A stretch of DNA of 64,000 nucleotides from an uncultured virus (IMG/VR IMGVR_UViG_2585428069_000013) (Duplodnaviria > Heunggongvirae > Uroviricota > Caudoviricetes). The translations under genes were made by a program, and so were the position numbers. The stretch lies in the IMG/VR virus record IMGVR_UViG_2585428069_000013; one strand, 5' to 3'. Every line of letters starts with the position of its first letter. Within the stretch, counting starts at the first letter, position 1. Shown one piece after another: positions 20,142 to 29,395 of this stretch. The notes beneath the pieces are model-generated. The model was not told the DNA's origin. It saw nothing but the letters and a program-made list of their open reading frames with translations, and did not search any database.

Positions 20142-21403
20142 TCGGTTTCCTCCAATCTTGTAGTATTTGCGAACGCACCTGCGTCCTGTAATTTGGTCAT
20201 CGCACCGTTGATAAGATAGAGATCTCCGCCAAGCTCCGCAGGGATACGGTCGAGATTTTCAAGCTCACGGATATCGTTGGCGCTCATCCAGCCGTTCTGT
20301 CGTGCGGTTGCATAACCGCTCATGCGGGATACATAGTCGCCACGAAGCAAACCGTCCACATTAAACTTAATAAATACGGTCGGCTTTTCGCTTCCCATAA
20401 GCAATGCACGGCACATAGCCTGCTCCCAGCGCACTACCCATGGGTCAAGGGTGTATTTCACAAATTCCAGCGACTGCTGCTCGATGTTGCTGAACGAGGA
20501 TTTCTCCAAGTCGGCGAGCATATGCGGCGGCACCCTGAAAATGCGGGCGATTTCGTTAATCTGAAACTTCCGTGTTTCGAGAAACTGTGCCTGTTCGGGT
20601 GAAATGCCGATGGCTTGGTACTTCATGCCTTCTTCAAGCACAGCCACACGATGCGCGTTTTGCGAGCCTTGGTAGGCGGCATTCCAGCTCTCCTTGACCT
20701 TTTGCGGATCTTTTATTGTGCCAGGATGTTCAAGCACACCGCCTGGTGCAGCGCCATTGGCGAAGAATTTCGCTCCGTATTCCTCGGTGGCAATTGCCAA
20801 TCCCACGGCATTCTTTGCCATTGCAATGGGGGAATAACCGACCAGACCGTCAAAACCTAAACCTGGAATATGCAGCACATCCGAGGGTGCAAGGTAGACC
20901 TGACTGTCTTTTCCGAGCATGGGCGCATCATCGGTGCTTCTCTGATACAAATAGAAAATCCGGCCGTTTGAATCACGATCGACCGTCATTTTGTTCGGCA
21001 TCAGAGGGTAAAGGGCGATAACCTCACCGCGAGCATTCCGAATAATCTGTGCATATGCGTTGCCCCATAATAAAAGATGACTCATCAGCGTTTCTCTAAA
21101 CGCAAATGAAGTCATCTCAGGGTTTGGCTCATCATGGAGCAGCTTATATAACGGGTGGGTGATATCTTTCTCTTTGCCTCCGCTATCATTATAGCGGTAT
21201 ACATGGAGCGGAAGCCCCGCCACCGTTTCAGATAATATCCTCACGCAAGAGTACACCGCCGTCATTTGCATGGCGGTTTGCTCGTTGACTGGTTTTCCGG
21301 CACTTGTACCGCCGAAAAGAAAACTGTAACGACTGCCACCTAAGCTGTCCTTAGGCTTGTCGCGCGCCTTGAATATACCTTGTAGGATTCCCATAGACAT
21401 CAC
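20138..21403 (-). CDS. HK97-family portal protein
   Basis: VYSCV.IL, L...PN, LLLWGNAY, G.SP, QFLETRKF...EIARIF. Confidence 0.95.
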   Translation of the reverse strand: MMSMGILQGIFKARDKPKDSLGGSRYSFLFGGTSAGKPVNEQTAMQMTAVYSCVRILSETVAGLPLHVYRYNDSGGKEKDITHPLYKLLHDEPNPEMTSFAFRETLMSHLLLWGNAYAQIIRNARGEVIALYPLMPNKMTVDRDSNGRIFYLYQRSTDDAPMLGKDSQVYLAPSDVLHIPGLGFDGLVGYSPIAMAKNAVGLAIATEEYGAKFFANGAAPGGVLEHPGTIKDPQKVKESWNAAYQGSQNAHRVAVLEEGMKYQAIGISPEQAQFLETRKFQINEIARIFRVPPHMLADLEKSSFSNIEQQSLEFVKYTLDPWVVRWEQAMCRALLMGSEKPTVFIKFNVDGLLRGDYVSRMSGYATARQNGWMSANDIRELENLDRIPAELGGDLYLINGAMTKLQDAGAFANTTRLEETE

Positions 21404-21412
21404 TCTCCTTAT

Positions 21413-23020
21413 TTAAAATACGAGAAGTCCACGATTGTCGTATACGCTCTCGCCGTTGTCATTTCCACACCGTATTGCGCGGTCAAGTGCCATAATCGTT
21501 GCCACTGCACCGTCGATTTTCTCAGTGGACTTTTCCTTATCTGCTTTTATATTTCCGGCAGGATCTGTACGAACAAAAATATTATCCATCATCCATCGAA
21601 GTACCGGATGCCCACCGTGGGCAATTTTCTGCTCCAGGGTCAGTTTCATCAGTTCTTTGGTGGGTGGACTCATATCCTTGAAGCCCTGTCCGAACGGCAC
21701 GACCGTAAATCCCATGCCTTCAAGGTTCTGTGTCATTTGCACAGCGCCCCAGCGGTCAAAGGCGATTTCTCGGATATTGTATTTCGTACTGAGTTCCTCT
21801 ATAAAACTCTCAATGAAACCGTAATGCACCACGTTACCTTCGGTAGTTTTCAGAAAGTCCTGCTTTTTCCAAACATCATAATTCACATGGTCGCGTCGGA
21901 CTCGGAGGTCGATGTTGTCCTCCGGTATCCAGAAGAAGGGCATTACGTTGTATTTATCTTCTTCATCCAGTGGGGGGAACACAAGCACGAATGCCGTAAT
22001 ATCTGTGGAGGACGAGAGGTCAAGTCCGCCGTAGCAGACGCGCCCTTCAAGCGCGGTAGGGTCAACCGCGAATGCACATTTATCCCATTTGTCCATTGGC
22101 ATCCAGCGCACTGCCTGTTTGACCCATTGGTTCAAGCGAAGCTGACGAAAACTGTTCTCCTCGGCAGGATTCTGCTTTGCACTCTCACAGGCTGCTCTGA
22201 CTTTATCGATTCCGACCGTGATACCAAGGGAAGGGTTCGCTTTCTTCCACACCTTCGGATCAGTCCAATCCTCCTCGGGAGCGGCACCGTATATCACTGG
22301 GTAGAAGGTCGGGTCATGCTTTCTGCCGTTTATGATATCTAGCGCCTTCTGATGTACCTCCCAGCAGATACTGTTCTGGTTGTCTCCGGCGGTGGTTATA
22401 AGGAAATACAGCGGTTGCATTCGTGCGTCACCACTGCCTTTGGTCATAACGTCGTAGAGTTTTCGGTTCGGCTGAGTGTGTAGTTCATCGAACACCACAC
22501 CGTGGGTATTGAATCCGTGCTTGTTGCCGACATCAGCGGAAAGCACCTGATAAATACTGCCTGTCGGCTGATAGATGAGCCGCTTCATTGAATCAAGGAT
22601 TTTTACCCGTTTTGACAGCGCCGGACACATCCGCACCATATCCGCTGCCACGTTAAAAACGATGGATGCTTGGTTGCGGTCAGCGGCACAGCCATAGACC
22701 TCGGCGCGCTCCTCGTTATCTCCGCATGTGAGCAACAGGGCAACAGCTGCCGCAAGCTCACTTTTTCCCATCTTTTTTGGTATTTCCACATACGCTGTGT
22801 TGAACTGACGGTAACCGTTCGGCTTCAGAGTTCCGAATACATCGCGGATAATCCGCTCTTGCCAGTCAATCAGATCAAAGGGCTTTCCCGCCCATGTACC
22901 TTTGGTATGTGAGAGGGCTTCGACAAAAGCTACGGCATAATCGGCGGCGGCTTTGTCATAAACTGAATCCGCAGCTTTGAACTGTGTCGGAGTGTATTTC
23001 TTGAGTTTTCGGATATCCAC
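21413..23020 (-). CDS. terL: Terminase large subunit
   Basis: WQ, PKKMGKS Walker A, VVFDELH Walker B, ITTAG, GGLDLS, KIDGAVA; start probably GTG 23020 after AAGGAGG. Confidence 0.95.
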   Translation of the reverse strand: MDIRKLKKYTPTQFKAADSVYDKAAADYAVAFVEALSHTKGTWAGKPFDLIDWQERIIRDVFGTLKPNGYRQFNTAYVEIPKKMGKSELAAAVALLLTCGDNEERAEVYGCAADRNQASIVFNVAADMVRMCPALSKRVKILDSMKRLIYQPTGSIYQVLSADVGNKHGFNTHGVVFDELHTQPNRKLYDVMTKGSGDARMQPLYFLITTAGDNQNSICWEVHQKALDIINGRKHDPTFYPVIYGAAPEEDWTDPKVWKKANPSLGITVGIDKVRAACESAKQNPAEENSFRQLRLNQWVKQAVRWMPMDKWDKCAFAVDPTALEGRVCYGGLDLSSSTDITAFVLVFPPLDEEDKYNVMPFFWIPEDNIDLRVRRDHVNYDVWKKQDFLKTTEGNVVHYGFIESFIEELSTKYNIREIAFDRWGAVQMTQNLEGMGFTVVPFGQGFKDMSPPTKELMKLTLEQKIAHGGHPVLRWMMDNIFVRTDPAGNIKADKEKSTEKIDGAVATIMALDRAIRCGNDNGESVYDNRGLLVF

Positions 23021-23132
23021 CGCCTCCTTCCGAGCATAAAAATAGACCCGCAATAAGCAAGCCTTCAAATCTATTTGTACGAGAAACAGAGCCGTTTTTG
23101 GCACTGTTCTCTAGTTGGTGTTTAGTTATTTA

Positions 23133-23309
23133 TTACTCTTCACCAGTCAGAATGAAACGGGCATAGGCACCAGTGTTCTCAGTAAGGAATGTAAGTAACT
23201 CGGCGTACCCCTCACGCAAAGCTATTTCCTGCACCTTTGGCACATCAAACATATTTGTTTCACCTGTGGCGCGAATGAAAAGTATCTGTTCCTTAATTTT
23301 TTTATCCAT
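23133..23309 (-). CDS. Small DUF5049-like protein (58 aa); absent from ORF track
   Basis: Manual translation MDKKIKEQILFIRATGETNMFDVPKVQEIA...FILTGEE with GGAGG RBS. Confidence 0.7.
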   Translation of the reverse strand: MDKKIKEQILFIRATGETNMFDVPKVQEIALREGYAELLTFLTENTGAYARFILTGEE

Positions 23310-23751
23310 TTCCGTCCTCCTTAGAATCCTCGACAGCCTGTTTCAGAATTCCGATGTCGAAGTCCGCGCTTTTATAGCCATCCAAGATAACGCTGTAATA
23401 ATAACAGCTTGGAGCACCGAGCGGTCGACCTTCGTTCATGATGTACACCATAGTTTCCACGTTCTTTTTGCCGAGTTTGACTTTGACCATTTCCTTTCGG
23501 TAGAGGAATGGAAAACCCTCGTAACGGTCAAGTGCCACTTCGTCAGCCGGGGTAATCTCCCATAGCAGACACGGCACTGTCTTGCCCTTAAAAGGTTCTA
23601 TGGTCGCCACAGAGCCGCCGTGTCCACCTCGAAACAATAACTGGTAGTCCTTCAAAAGCGCCGGCCCGACAGGCTTCGCTGTGGGGCAGCGGTGCACCAT
23701 TTGCTCAAGGTTGAGATTTGAGCCGTAGGCAAGGTATAACGTCTTATTCAT
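23302..23751 (-). CDS. Gamma-glutamylcyclotransferase (AIG2-like)
   Basis: YLAYGSNL...RCP, LDRYEG.P..Y. Confidence 0.9.
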   Translation of the reverse strand: MNKTLYLAYGSNLNLEQMVHRCPTAKPVGPALLKDYQLLFRGGHGGSVATIEPFKGKTVPCLLWEITPADEVALDRYEGFPFLYRKEMVKVKLGKKNVETMVYIMNEGRPLGAPSCYYYSVILDGYKSADFDIGILKQAVEDSKEDGNG

Positions 23752-23787
23752 TGATTTGTATCCTCCTTGTTTTTACGGGGCAATTGT

Positions 23788-24687
23788 TCAGGCGGCCCGA
23801 AATCGCCAAGCTGCTGACCCGCCAAGATTTGCGGTCAAATGCTCTCTGCAGTTTGCGAACTCCTCGCCGATGAAACCGATGCGGTTGAGGTAGGTTCTCA
23901 TAGCAAATTTCTCATTCTCGATCTGCGGTTTCTTTGCCGATGCACATTTCTGTGTGAGGGCCTGGTGGTTAAGGGCAAGGGCAAGAACAATGTAGCTTCT
24001 TATCTTGCCTGCATGAAGCTCGCTGTTGAAGCCCCGAAGCTCTACCGTTTGGTTACCTGTGAAAAAACTGTGTAGGTTGAGAAAATGGTATCGGCTTGAA
24101 TGGTAATGGCGGCTGGTGCTTTCGCTGTAGCCTTCATACCAAAGGTTCTCAATAGCTTCCATCGTTTTCGGTTTGCGACGGTTTATTTTCTCTACCAGAA
24201 GACTATCCATCTTTTTGCAGTAACTCATCCGCTCCGGCGCAATTTGCAAAGCCTTATAAAAAAGGTCATTTTTACTTGCGATGATGTTGATGTAGTTTCG
24301 GATACTTCTCGGTGTGTGGTCTGCCCCGTCCAGATGAATGTGAATCCCGCAAGAGGCATTGGTGAAGGCTTGCGCTTTGCGCAACCGTCTAACCAGTTCC
24401 TGCAGGTCTTTGATGTCTTCCTGGTAGGTCAGTATCGGACTGACCAGTTCCACGCTGTATTCACGGGTGGCTGAAACCACTCTGCCATATTCCTTGCGGC
24501 GACAGTCAATCGAAGCATCACTCATCAGCTTCCAAGTTCGTCCGTCGGGTGCGCTAATCTTATAGGTGTCGTAGTAATCGTGGGTACTTTCAACTGTTCC
24601 GTTTAGAAAAGCTGCGGTAACCTCTGCCGCTTTTGCTCTGGTGATTCCTGTAAATTCAATCTCAATTCCAAACCTCTTTGTAAACAT
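23788..24687 (-). CDS. Putative amidoligase (COOH-NH2 ligase, Amidoligase_2)
   Basis: FGIEIE, W....DAS, ELVSP, SCGIHIH, RY..LN, TVELR.F. Confidence 0.9.
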   Translation of the reverse strand: MFTKRFGIEIEFTGITRAKAAEVTAAFLNGTVESTHDYYDTYKISAPDGRTWKLMSDASIDCRRKEYGRVVSATREYSVELVSPILTYQEDIKDLQELVRRLRKAQAFTNASCGIHIHLDGADHTPRSIRNYINIIASKNDLFYKALQIAPERMSYCKKMDSLLVEKINRRKPKTMEAIENLWYEGYSESTSRHYHSSRYHFLNLHSFFTGNQTVELRGFNSELHAGKIRSYIVLALALNHQALTQKCASAKKPQIENEKFAMRTYLNRIGFIGEEFANCREHLTANLGGSAAWRFRAA

Positions 24688-24834
24688 TGTTTTTCTCTCC
24701 TTTGAAGGTGTGTTTTCCCTTTCGGTAGTCACATATTACCGTCATAAGAGAGGTATATCCAGACAATTTCGAGATATAAATTGATGTAATTTACACAAGT
24801 TTTCTATACTTTATTAAGTCATAATATGTTTATA

Positions 24835-25062
24835 TTACTCCTCGATTTTCTTGCAAGAATCCTCGCCGTATGCCACACCAAGGGAGCTGCCGGAATCCCA
24901 ACTCACATGGATGGTTCCCATGTCATCAACACCAGTGACCGTACCTTTTGCACCAGGCTGAAGTTTAGTATAAGGGTCATTCATCATCACAAGCACAACT
25001 CTCGTTCCTGGAGTGTAATAGTTTTTAAGTGACTTTAATATTTCGGGATGAATAATATTCAT
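24835..25062 (-). CDS. DUF4314-like protein
   Basis: Y.PGTRV.L..M.DPY..L.PG..GTV..VDD.GTIHV.WD.GS.LG...GED. Confidence 0.8.
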   Translation of the reverse strand: MNIIHPEILKSLKNYYTPGTRVVLVMMNDPYTKLQPGAKGTVTGVDDMGTIHVSWDSGSSLGVAYGEDSCKKIEE

Positions 25063-25811
25063 TGCTCATTCACCTCCTCATGCTTGGCAGTTCCACTTTT
25101 GAAAGCAGAACTTCCTGTCAGTTTGGAGAGGAGAATCTTTCGCTCAGTTTTATGTTCCGAGCCGATAAAACCGAGTCGGAGAAGGAAACAGCGAAAAGCA
25201 TACTTCTCGTTGTCCACGGGTTTTTCGGTGGAATTGACCCTTGTCTGTTTTTTCGCTATTTCGCAGAGTGCCGTGATAAAGTGGGTGTAAGCCTTGACTT
25301 CATCCGAAGAACACTCACCTTGAAACCAAGGGAAGGTAACAATTTCTTCATTTTCAATGATGGGAATGGAATCCGTACCCAGCGCTTTCTTTATGAGGGA
25401 CGCTTTGCTTTCCACCAATCCCTTGAGGTTCTCAAGTGCCGTGTTGGTAAAAGCTGACCTCGGCATTTGTATAATCAGTCGGGAGGATTCGGCTGTCTCA
25501 TATATCTCGGTTTCATCGTATGCGGTAGGCTCCTCATAATCGTGAAAACCATCCGGAATAGGCTCTGCTTCCAGGAGCGGTGTGTCGTATTTTTCCGTGA
25601 CCGCCTTGAAGTCGTGCAATCCCTGCAGGTCAGCAACCAGACCGTAATTATCCTCGCCATCAAGCATCCCGTTTTTATCGATGTGGTAGCCAGCCACCTC
25701 GTAAGCGAAGGTAGGTGCGCCAAGGTATTTTATCGTAGCATTCAGTTCCTGGCTGATTGCACTAACCAGTGATTTTCTTTTTGGACCTGTAACATTATAG
25801 ATAATCTGCAT
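25059..25811 (-). CDS. Conserved phage protein (often annotated virulence-related)
   Basis: RK.LV.AI, YLGAPTFAY, FPWF, NEKYAFRCFLLRLGFIG. Confidence 0.7.
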   Translation of the reverse strand: MQIIYNVTGPKRKSLVSAISQELNATIKYLGAPTFAYEVAGYHIDKNGMLDGEDNYGLVADLQGLHDFKAVTEKYDTPLLEAEPIPDGFHDYEEPTAYDETEIYETAESSRLIIQMPRSAFTNTALENLKGLVESKASLIKKALGTDSIPIIENEEIVTFPWFQGECSSDEVKAYTHFITALCEIAKKQTRVNSTEKPVDNEKYAFRCFLLRLGFIGSEHKTERKILLSKLTGSSAFKSGTAKHEEVNEQ

Positions 25812-25911
25812 TTTTCATACCGCCTTTCGTTTTTCGGTACTACATATATCACTCTAAACGCTGTAAATATCAAGTCATTTAGAGCATCTTTCTGTAGAAA
25901 ATACTGTCCGA

Positions 25912-28167
25912 TTAATCAGCGGTATTTTGTGTTGATAAATTAATGCCAGTCAGTACGAAACAGACGCACGGTAGTGCCACACCGTTGCCCCACATCTTAT
26001 ATTCGGCTGCATCGGAATGTGGATTTTGCAACCACTTGATAATCTGCTTTTGGCTTTTGGGTTTTTTACTCACACCCATGATTTTGCGGTGGGTTTCCCA
26101 AACCTCAGTCCAGAACGCAATCTCATCTTCGGTGAGGTTTTCCGTACCTAGTTCGGCGCACCACCAATCAGGGAAGCCTTGAAGCCGGGCGCATTCCGTT
26201 GGTGTGAGTCTACGGACGATATAATCCGGCTCAACCAGACCGTTTTGAAAACCTGGATTTGTACCGTTGACAAGCGTATTTGAAGTGCCGTCCTGCCTAA
26301 AGCATTGACTTTCAGCTTTCATCTGCGGATAGAAAGAGGCCGGCTGCGCCACAACTCCAGGACCTTTTGCCGTGAGTGTGGGTTGCTGTTCTTCCTCAAT
26401 ACTTGGTTTATATAGAGCGTTCTGCCCTTGATTGAAAGCCGCTCGGTCAATGCCATAAGATGGGTGCGAAACTATTGGAGCATCCTTATAATCTCTTGAT
26501 AAAAGCGTAGGTGATTTATCTTTTTCAACCTGTGCATAGCCTCCGGTAGTCATAGCATAGGCAACGGCATGACGGTCAATGGTATTCAGTGTAAATGAAA
26601 CTTCTTCATCAATACCGCTTCCTTGGGGACCGTTTTTATCATCTCTTCCAATCATCGAGCCTTGCAGGGCAACCACTGCAATACCGCCTTGATTGCATCC
26701 CGGATTTCCACCATTAGCATCAATGGTACGAGATGTATCCGCTTCATAGATACCGCTGTGTGGATTGCTTGACTGCATAGAGTTGCTCTTATCAGAACAG
26801 ATGCCGTATGCAGTAGGTACAAAAACAGTCTGATCATTATTGCAACCAAGGGTCGCAGACTTATCATCCTGTATCAATGCACCCTTACCGCCACCATCAC
26901 AGCCAGAGCGGATCTTCAGTGTTTTAGGAGTTGGCTCAAATACACACTGCGTTCCTTTATAATCTGTACCTGTCAGTGTATTTGCTACATCTTTACCTAT
27001 CGTCAGAGCATACTGACGCTCGTTCATAACAAGGGGTACATTGCCTCCGCCTGTTCCCATACGAGAGGTCAGCGTCTGTACTTTATTATCCTCGGCGAGT
27101 TTTACACGGCTGTCTGTGGGATGATTCTCTATCGCAACAGCTATTTGATTATCTCCCATGTTTGCACGAAGCGATCCGCTAAGGTTCTCATCTGTATGTC
27201 CGCCAATGCGTGAAACCGCACCAGGTTCAAAGGACATGACTGCACCCGGAACAACACCTGCTCGAAGTGTCGGGGAGCGTTCATCCTCATAACCGACACT
27301 TCTGCTCTTGGCACTGTGTTCGGTGCAAAAACCACTTGATTGCATTACACAAGGCTGATGTCCATGTTCCTCTGCTCGAAGCGTTGCGGAAACATCCTCC
27401 GATACAGACATCACTCTTCCGCCTTGGTCATTTAGGCAAGTTATGCCACTGCCTGTTTTTCTAGAGCTGTTTTCAGCATTTCCGGCAGTTCTTTGCCACG
27501 GGCTGCCGCTCGGCGTAAAATCCCTTGACATGCCTTCGCGCTCAAATAGTATTTCTCCGGCACATCCGCCTGCAAAATCTGCGACAAGGTAGATTCTGCG
27601 GCGGCGTTGGGGCACTCCGAAATATTGCGCGTCGATAGTTCTATAAGCCACGCTCCATCCGTTTCCCATGTAGACGTCAGCGTATGGCCACCGTCCGTTA
27701 TCAGGCACAGGCATCTCAGCGGTCGGTTCGAGGATCCCGATGACCGCTTCGAGGACGGCCTTGAAGTCGGCTCCTTTGTTTGATGAGAACGCTCCGGGGA
27801 CATTTTCCCAGATTGCATACCTTGGATATCGTCCATTGGTTTTACACCTCATTTCCTTTATGATTCGTATCGCTTCATAAAAAAGGACGGATTGCTCTCC
27901 GTCCAAACCGGCTCTTTTGCCCGCTACACTCATATCGGTGCATGGCGAGCCGAAAGATATAATATCAACCGGCGGTAATTTCGCTCCGTTCAGCGTGGAA
28001 ATGTCGCCGTAATGCTTCATCTGCGGGATTCTCTTTGTAGTGACCCGGATGGGAAACGGCTCAATCTCCGAAGCCCACAGCGGTTCAATCCCACAGAGCA
28101 TACCACCCAGAGGAAAACCACCGCTACCGTCAAATAGTGAGCCGAGTGTCAATTTAATCATCTGCAT
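25912..28167 (-). CDS. Large C5-cytosine DNA methyltransferase with multi-repeat variable region
   Basis: Motif I LFDGSGG, IV GSPC, VI ENVP, VIII PQRRRR, IX RRLTPTECARLQGFP, X WGNGV. Confidence 0.93.
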   Translation of the reverse strand: MQMIKLTLGSLFDGSGGFPLGGMLCGIEPLWASEIEPFPIRVTTKRIPQMKHYGDISTLNGAKLPPVDIISFGSPCTDMSVAGKRAGLDGEQSVLFYEAIRIIKEMRCKTNGRYPRYAIWENVPGAFSSNKGADFKAVLEAVIGILEPTAEMPVPDNGRWPYADVYMGNGWSVAYRTIDAQYFGVPQRRRRIYLVADFAGGCAGEILFEREGMSRDFTPSGSPWQRTAGNAENSSRKTGSGITCLNDQGGRVMSVSEDVSATLRAEEHGHQPCVMQSSGFCTEHSAKSRSVGYEDERSPTLRAGVVPGAVMSFEPGAVSRIGGHTDENLSGSLRANMGDNQIAVAIENHPTDSRVKLAEDNKVQTLTSRMGTGGGNVPLVMNERQYALTIGKDVANTLTGTDYKGTQCVFEPTPKTLKIRSGCDGGGKGALIQDDKSATLGCNNDQTVFVPTAYGICSDKSNSMQSSNPHSGIYEADTSRTIDANGGNPGCNQGGIAVVALQGSMIGRDDKNGPQGSGIDEEVSFTLNTIDRHAVAYAMTTGGYAQVEKDKSPTLLSRDYKDAPIVSHPSYGIDRAAFNQGQNALYKPSIEEEQQPTLTAKGPGVVAQPASFYPQMKAESQCFRQDGTSNTLVNGTNPGFQNGLVEPDYIVRRLTPTECARLQGFPDWWCAELGTENLTEDEIAFWTEVWETHRKIMGVSKKPKSQKQIIKWLQNPHSDAAEYKMWGNGVALPCVCFVLTGINLSTQNTAD
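27441..27836 (-). CDS. Nested alternative-frame ORF resembling M.EcoHK31I beta polypeptide
   Basis: ESTLSQILQADVPEKYYLSAKACQGILRRAAARGKELP resembles recalled EcoHK31I beta and the LKDLLE..VDEKYYL segment of Bacillus phage MTases. Confidence 0.65.
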   Translation of the reverse strand: MDDIQGMQSGKMSPERSHQTKEPTSRPSSKRSSGSSNRPLRCLCLITDGGHTLTSTWETDGAWLIELSTRNISECPNAAAESTLSQILQADVPEKYYLSAKACQGILRRAAARGKELPEMLKTALEKQAVA

Positions 28168-29395
28168 TCACCTCTGGCAAATCACAGTATCTGTGTTCCA
28201 TGCCATCCCTTAAAAGAAGTACTCCATCAGAGTTTCCGACTTGCTCAATATACCTCTTCACAATGACGTCGCAATATTTCTCGTCAAGCTCAATGGTGTA
28301 GCAGATACGCTCCGTTTGCTCACAGGCAATGAGTGTACTTCCAGAGCCACCGAAAGGATCGAGCACGATACAGTTGGTAAGGCTTGAGTTCATAATGGGG
28401 TATGCCACAAGTGCTACTGGCTTCATAGTTGGATGGTCTCCGCTTTTCTTCGGTTTCTCAAACTCCCAGATGGTGGTTTGCTTGCGGTCTGAATACCACA
28501 GATGCTTTCCTTTCTTTTTCCAACCAAATAGTATCGGTTCATGCTGCCACTGATAAGGTGAGCGGCCAAGAACGAGAGACTGCTTCTTCCAAATACAAGT
28601 GCCGGAAAGATAAAACCCCGCACCCACAAAGGCTTTTCTGAAATTGAATCCTTCGGTGTCGGCATGGAATATATAAATAGAAGCGTCCTTCGCCATTGCT
28701 GCTTCGGTGTTCGTAAATGCCGCAAGCAGAAAATCGTAAAACGCTTCATTATCCATATTGTCATTTTTTATTTTGCCAGCCGTTCCCTCGTAGTTGACGT
28801 TGTACGGGGGATCCGTTACTACAAGATTAGCGGCTTTCCCGTTCATTAAGACATCAAAGGTGTCTTTCTTTGTGCTGTCTCCGCAGACCAGTCGATGTTG
28901 TCCTAGAATCCAAACATCCCCTAAACGAGAAACAGCGGGCTTTTTCAGCTCGCTGTCTACATCGAAATCATCTTCTTTTATCTTATCTTTAAGCGAATCT
29001 TTGAAAAGATCGTCTAGCTCTCCGGGATCAAAACCTGTCAGAGATACATCGAAGTCTGAAGCATTCAAATCCGTGATGAGAAGTGCTAGTTTTTCCTTAT
29101 CCCAATCACCGCCTATTTTATTCAGTGCGATATTAAGCGCTTTTTCCTTTTCCTCATCCATTTCAACAACCACGCATTCTATCTCATCCATGCCCATGCT
29201 CAGCAGGATTTTCAAACGCTGGTGGCCACCGATGACTCTGCCAGTGGTCTTATTCCAAATAACGGGTTCTACATATCCAAACTCCTCAAGAGAGCGCTTT
29301 AGTTTTTCGTACTCGGGGTCGCCTGGTTTTAAATCCTTCCTCGGATTATAATCAGCGGGAATAAGTAGTTTCGTTTTAATCTTCTCTATCAGCAT
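28154..29395 (-). CDS. ParB-like domain + N6-adenine/N4-cytosine DNA methyltransferase
   Basis: YNPRK, IGGHQRL (ParB); TDPPY, HPTMKP, VLDPFGGSGST. Confidence 0.92.
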   Translation of the reverse strand: MLIEKIKTKLLIPADYNPRKDLKPGDPEYEKLKRSLEEFGYVEPVIWNKTTGRVIGGHQRLKILLSMGMDEIECVVVEMDEEKEKALNIALNKIGGDWDKEKLALLITDLNASDFDVSLTGFDPGELDDLFKDSLKDKIKEDDFDVDSELKKPAVSRLGDVWILGQHRLVCGDSTKKDTFDVLMNGKAANLVVTDPPYNVNYEGTAGKIKNDNMDNEAFYDFLLAAFTNTEAAMAKDASIYIFHADTEGFNFRKAFVGAGFYLSGTCIWKKQSLVLGRSPYQWQHEPILFGWKKKGKHLWYSDRKQTTIWEFEKPKKSGDHPTMKPVALVAYPIMNSSLTNCIVLDPFGGSGSTLIACEQTERICYTIELDEKYCDVIVKRYIEQVGNSDGVLLLRDGMEHRYCDLPEVNADD

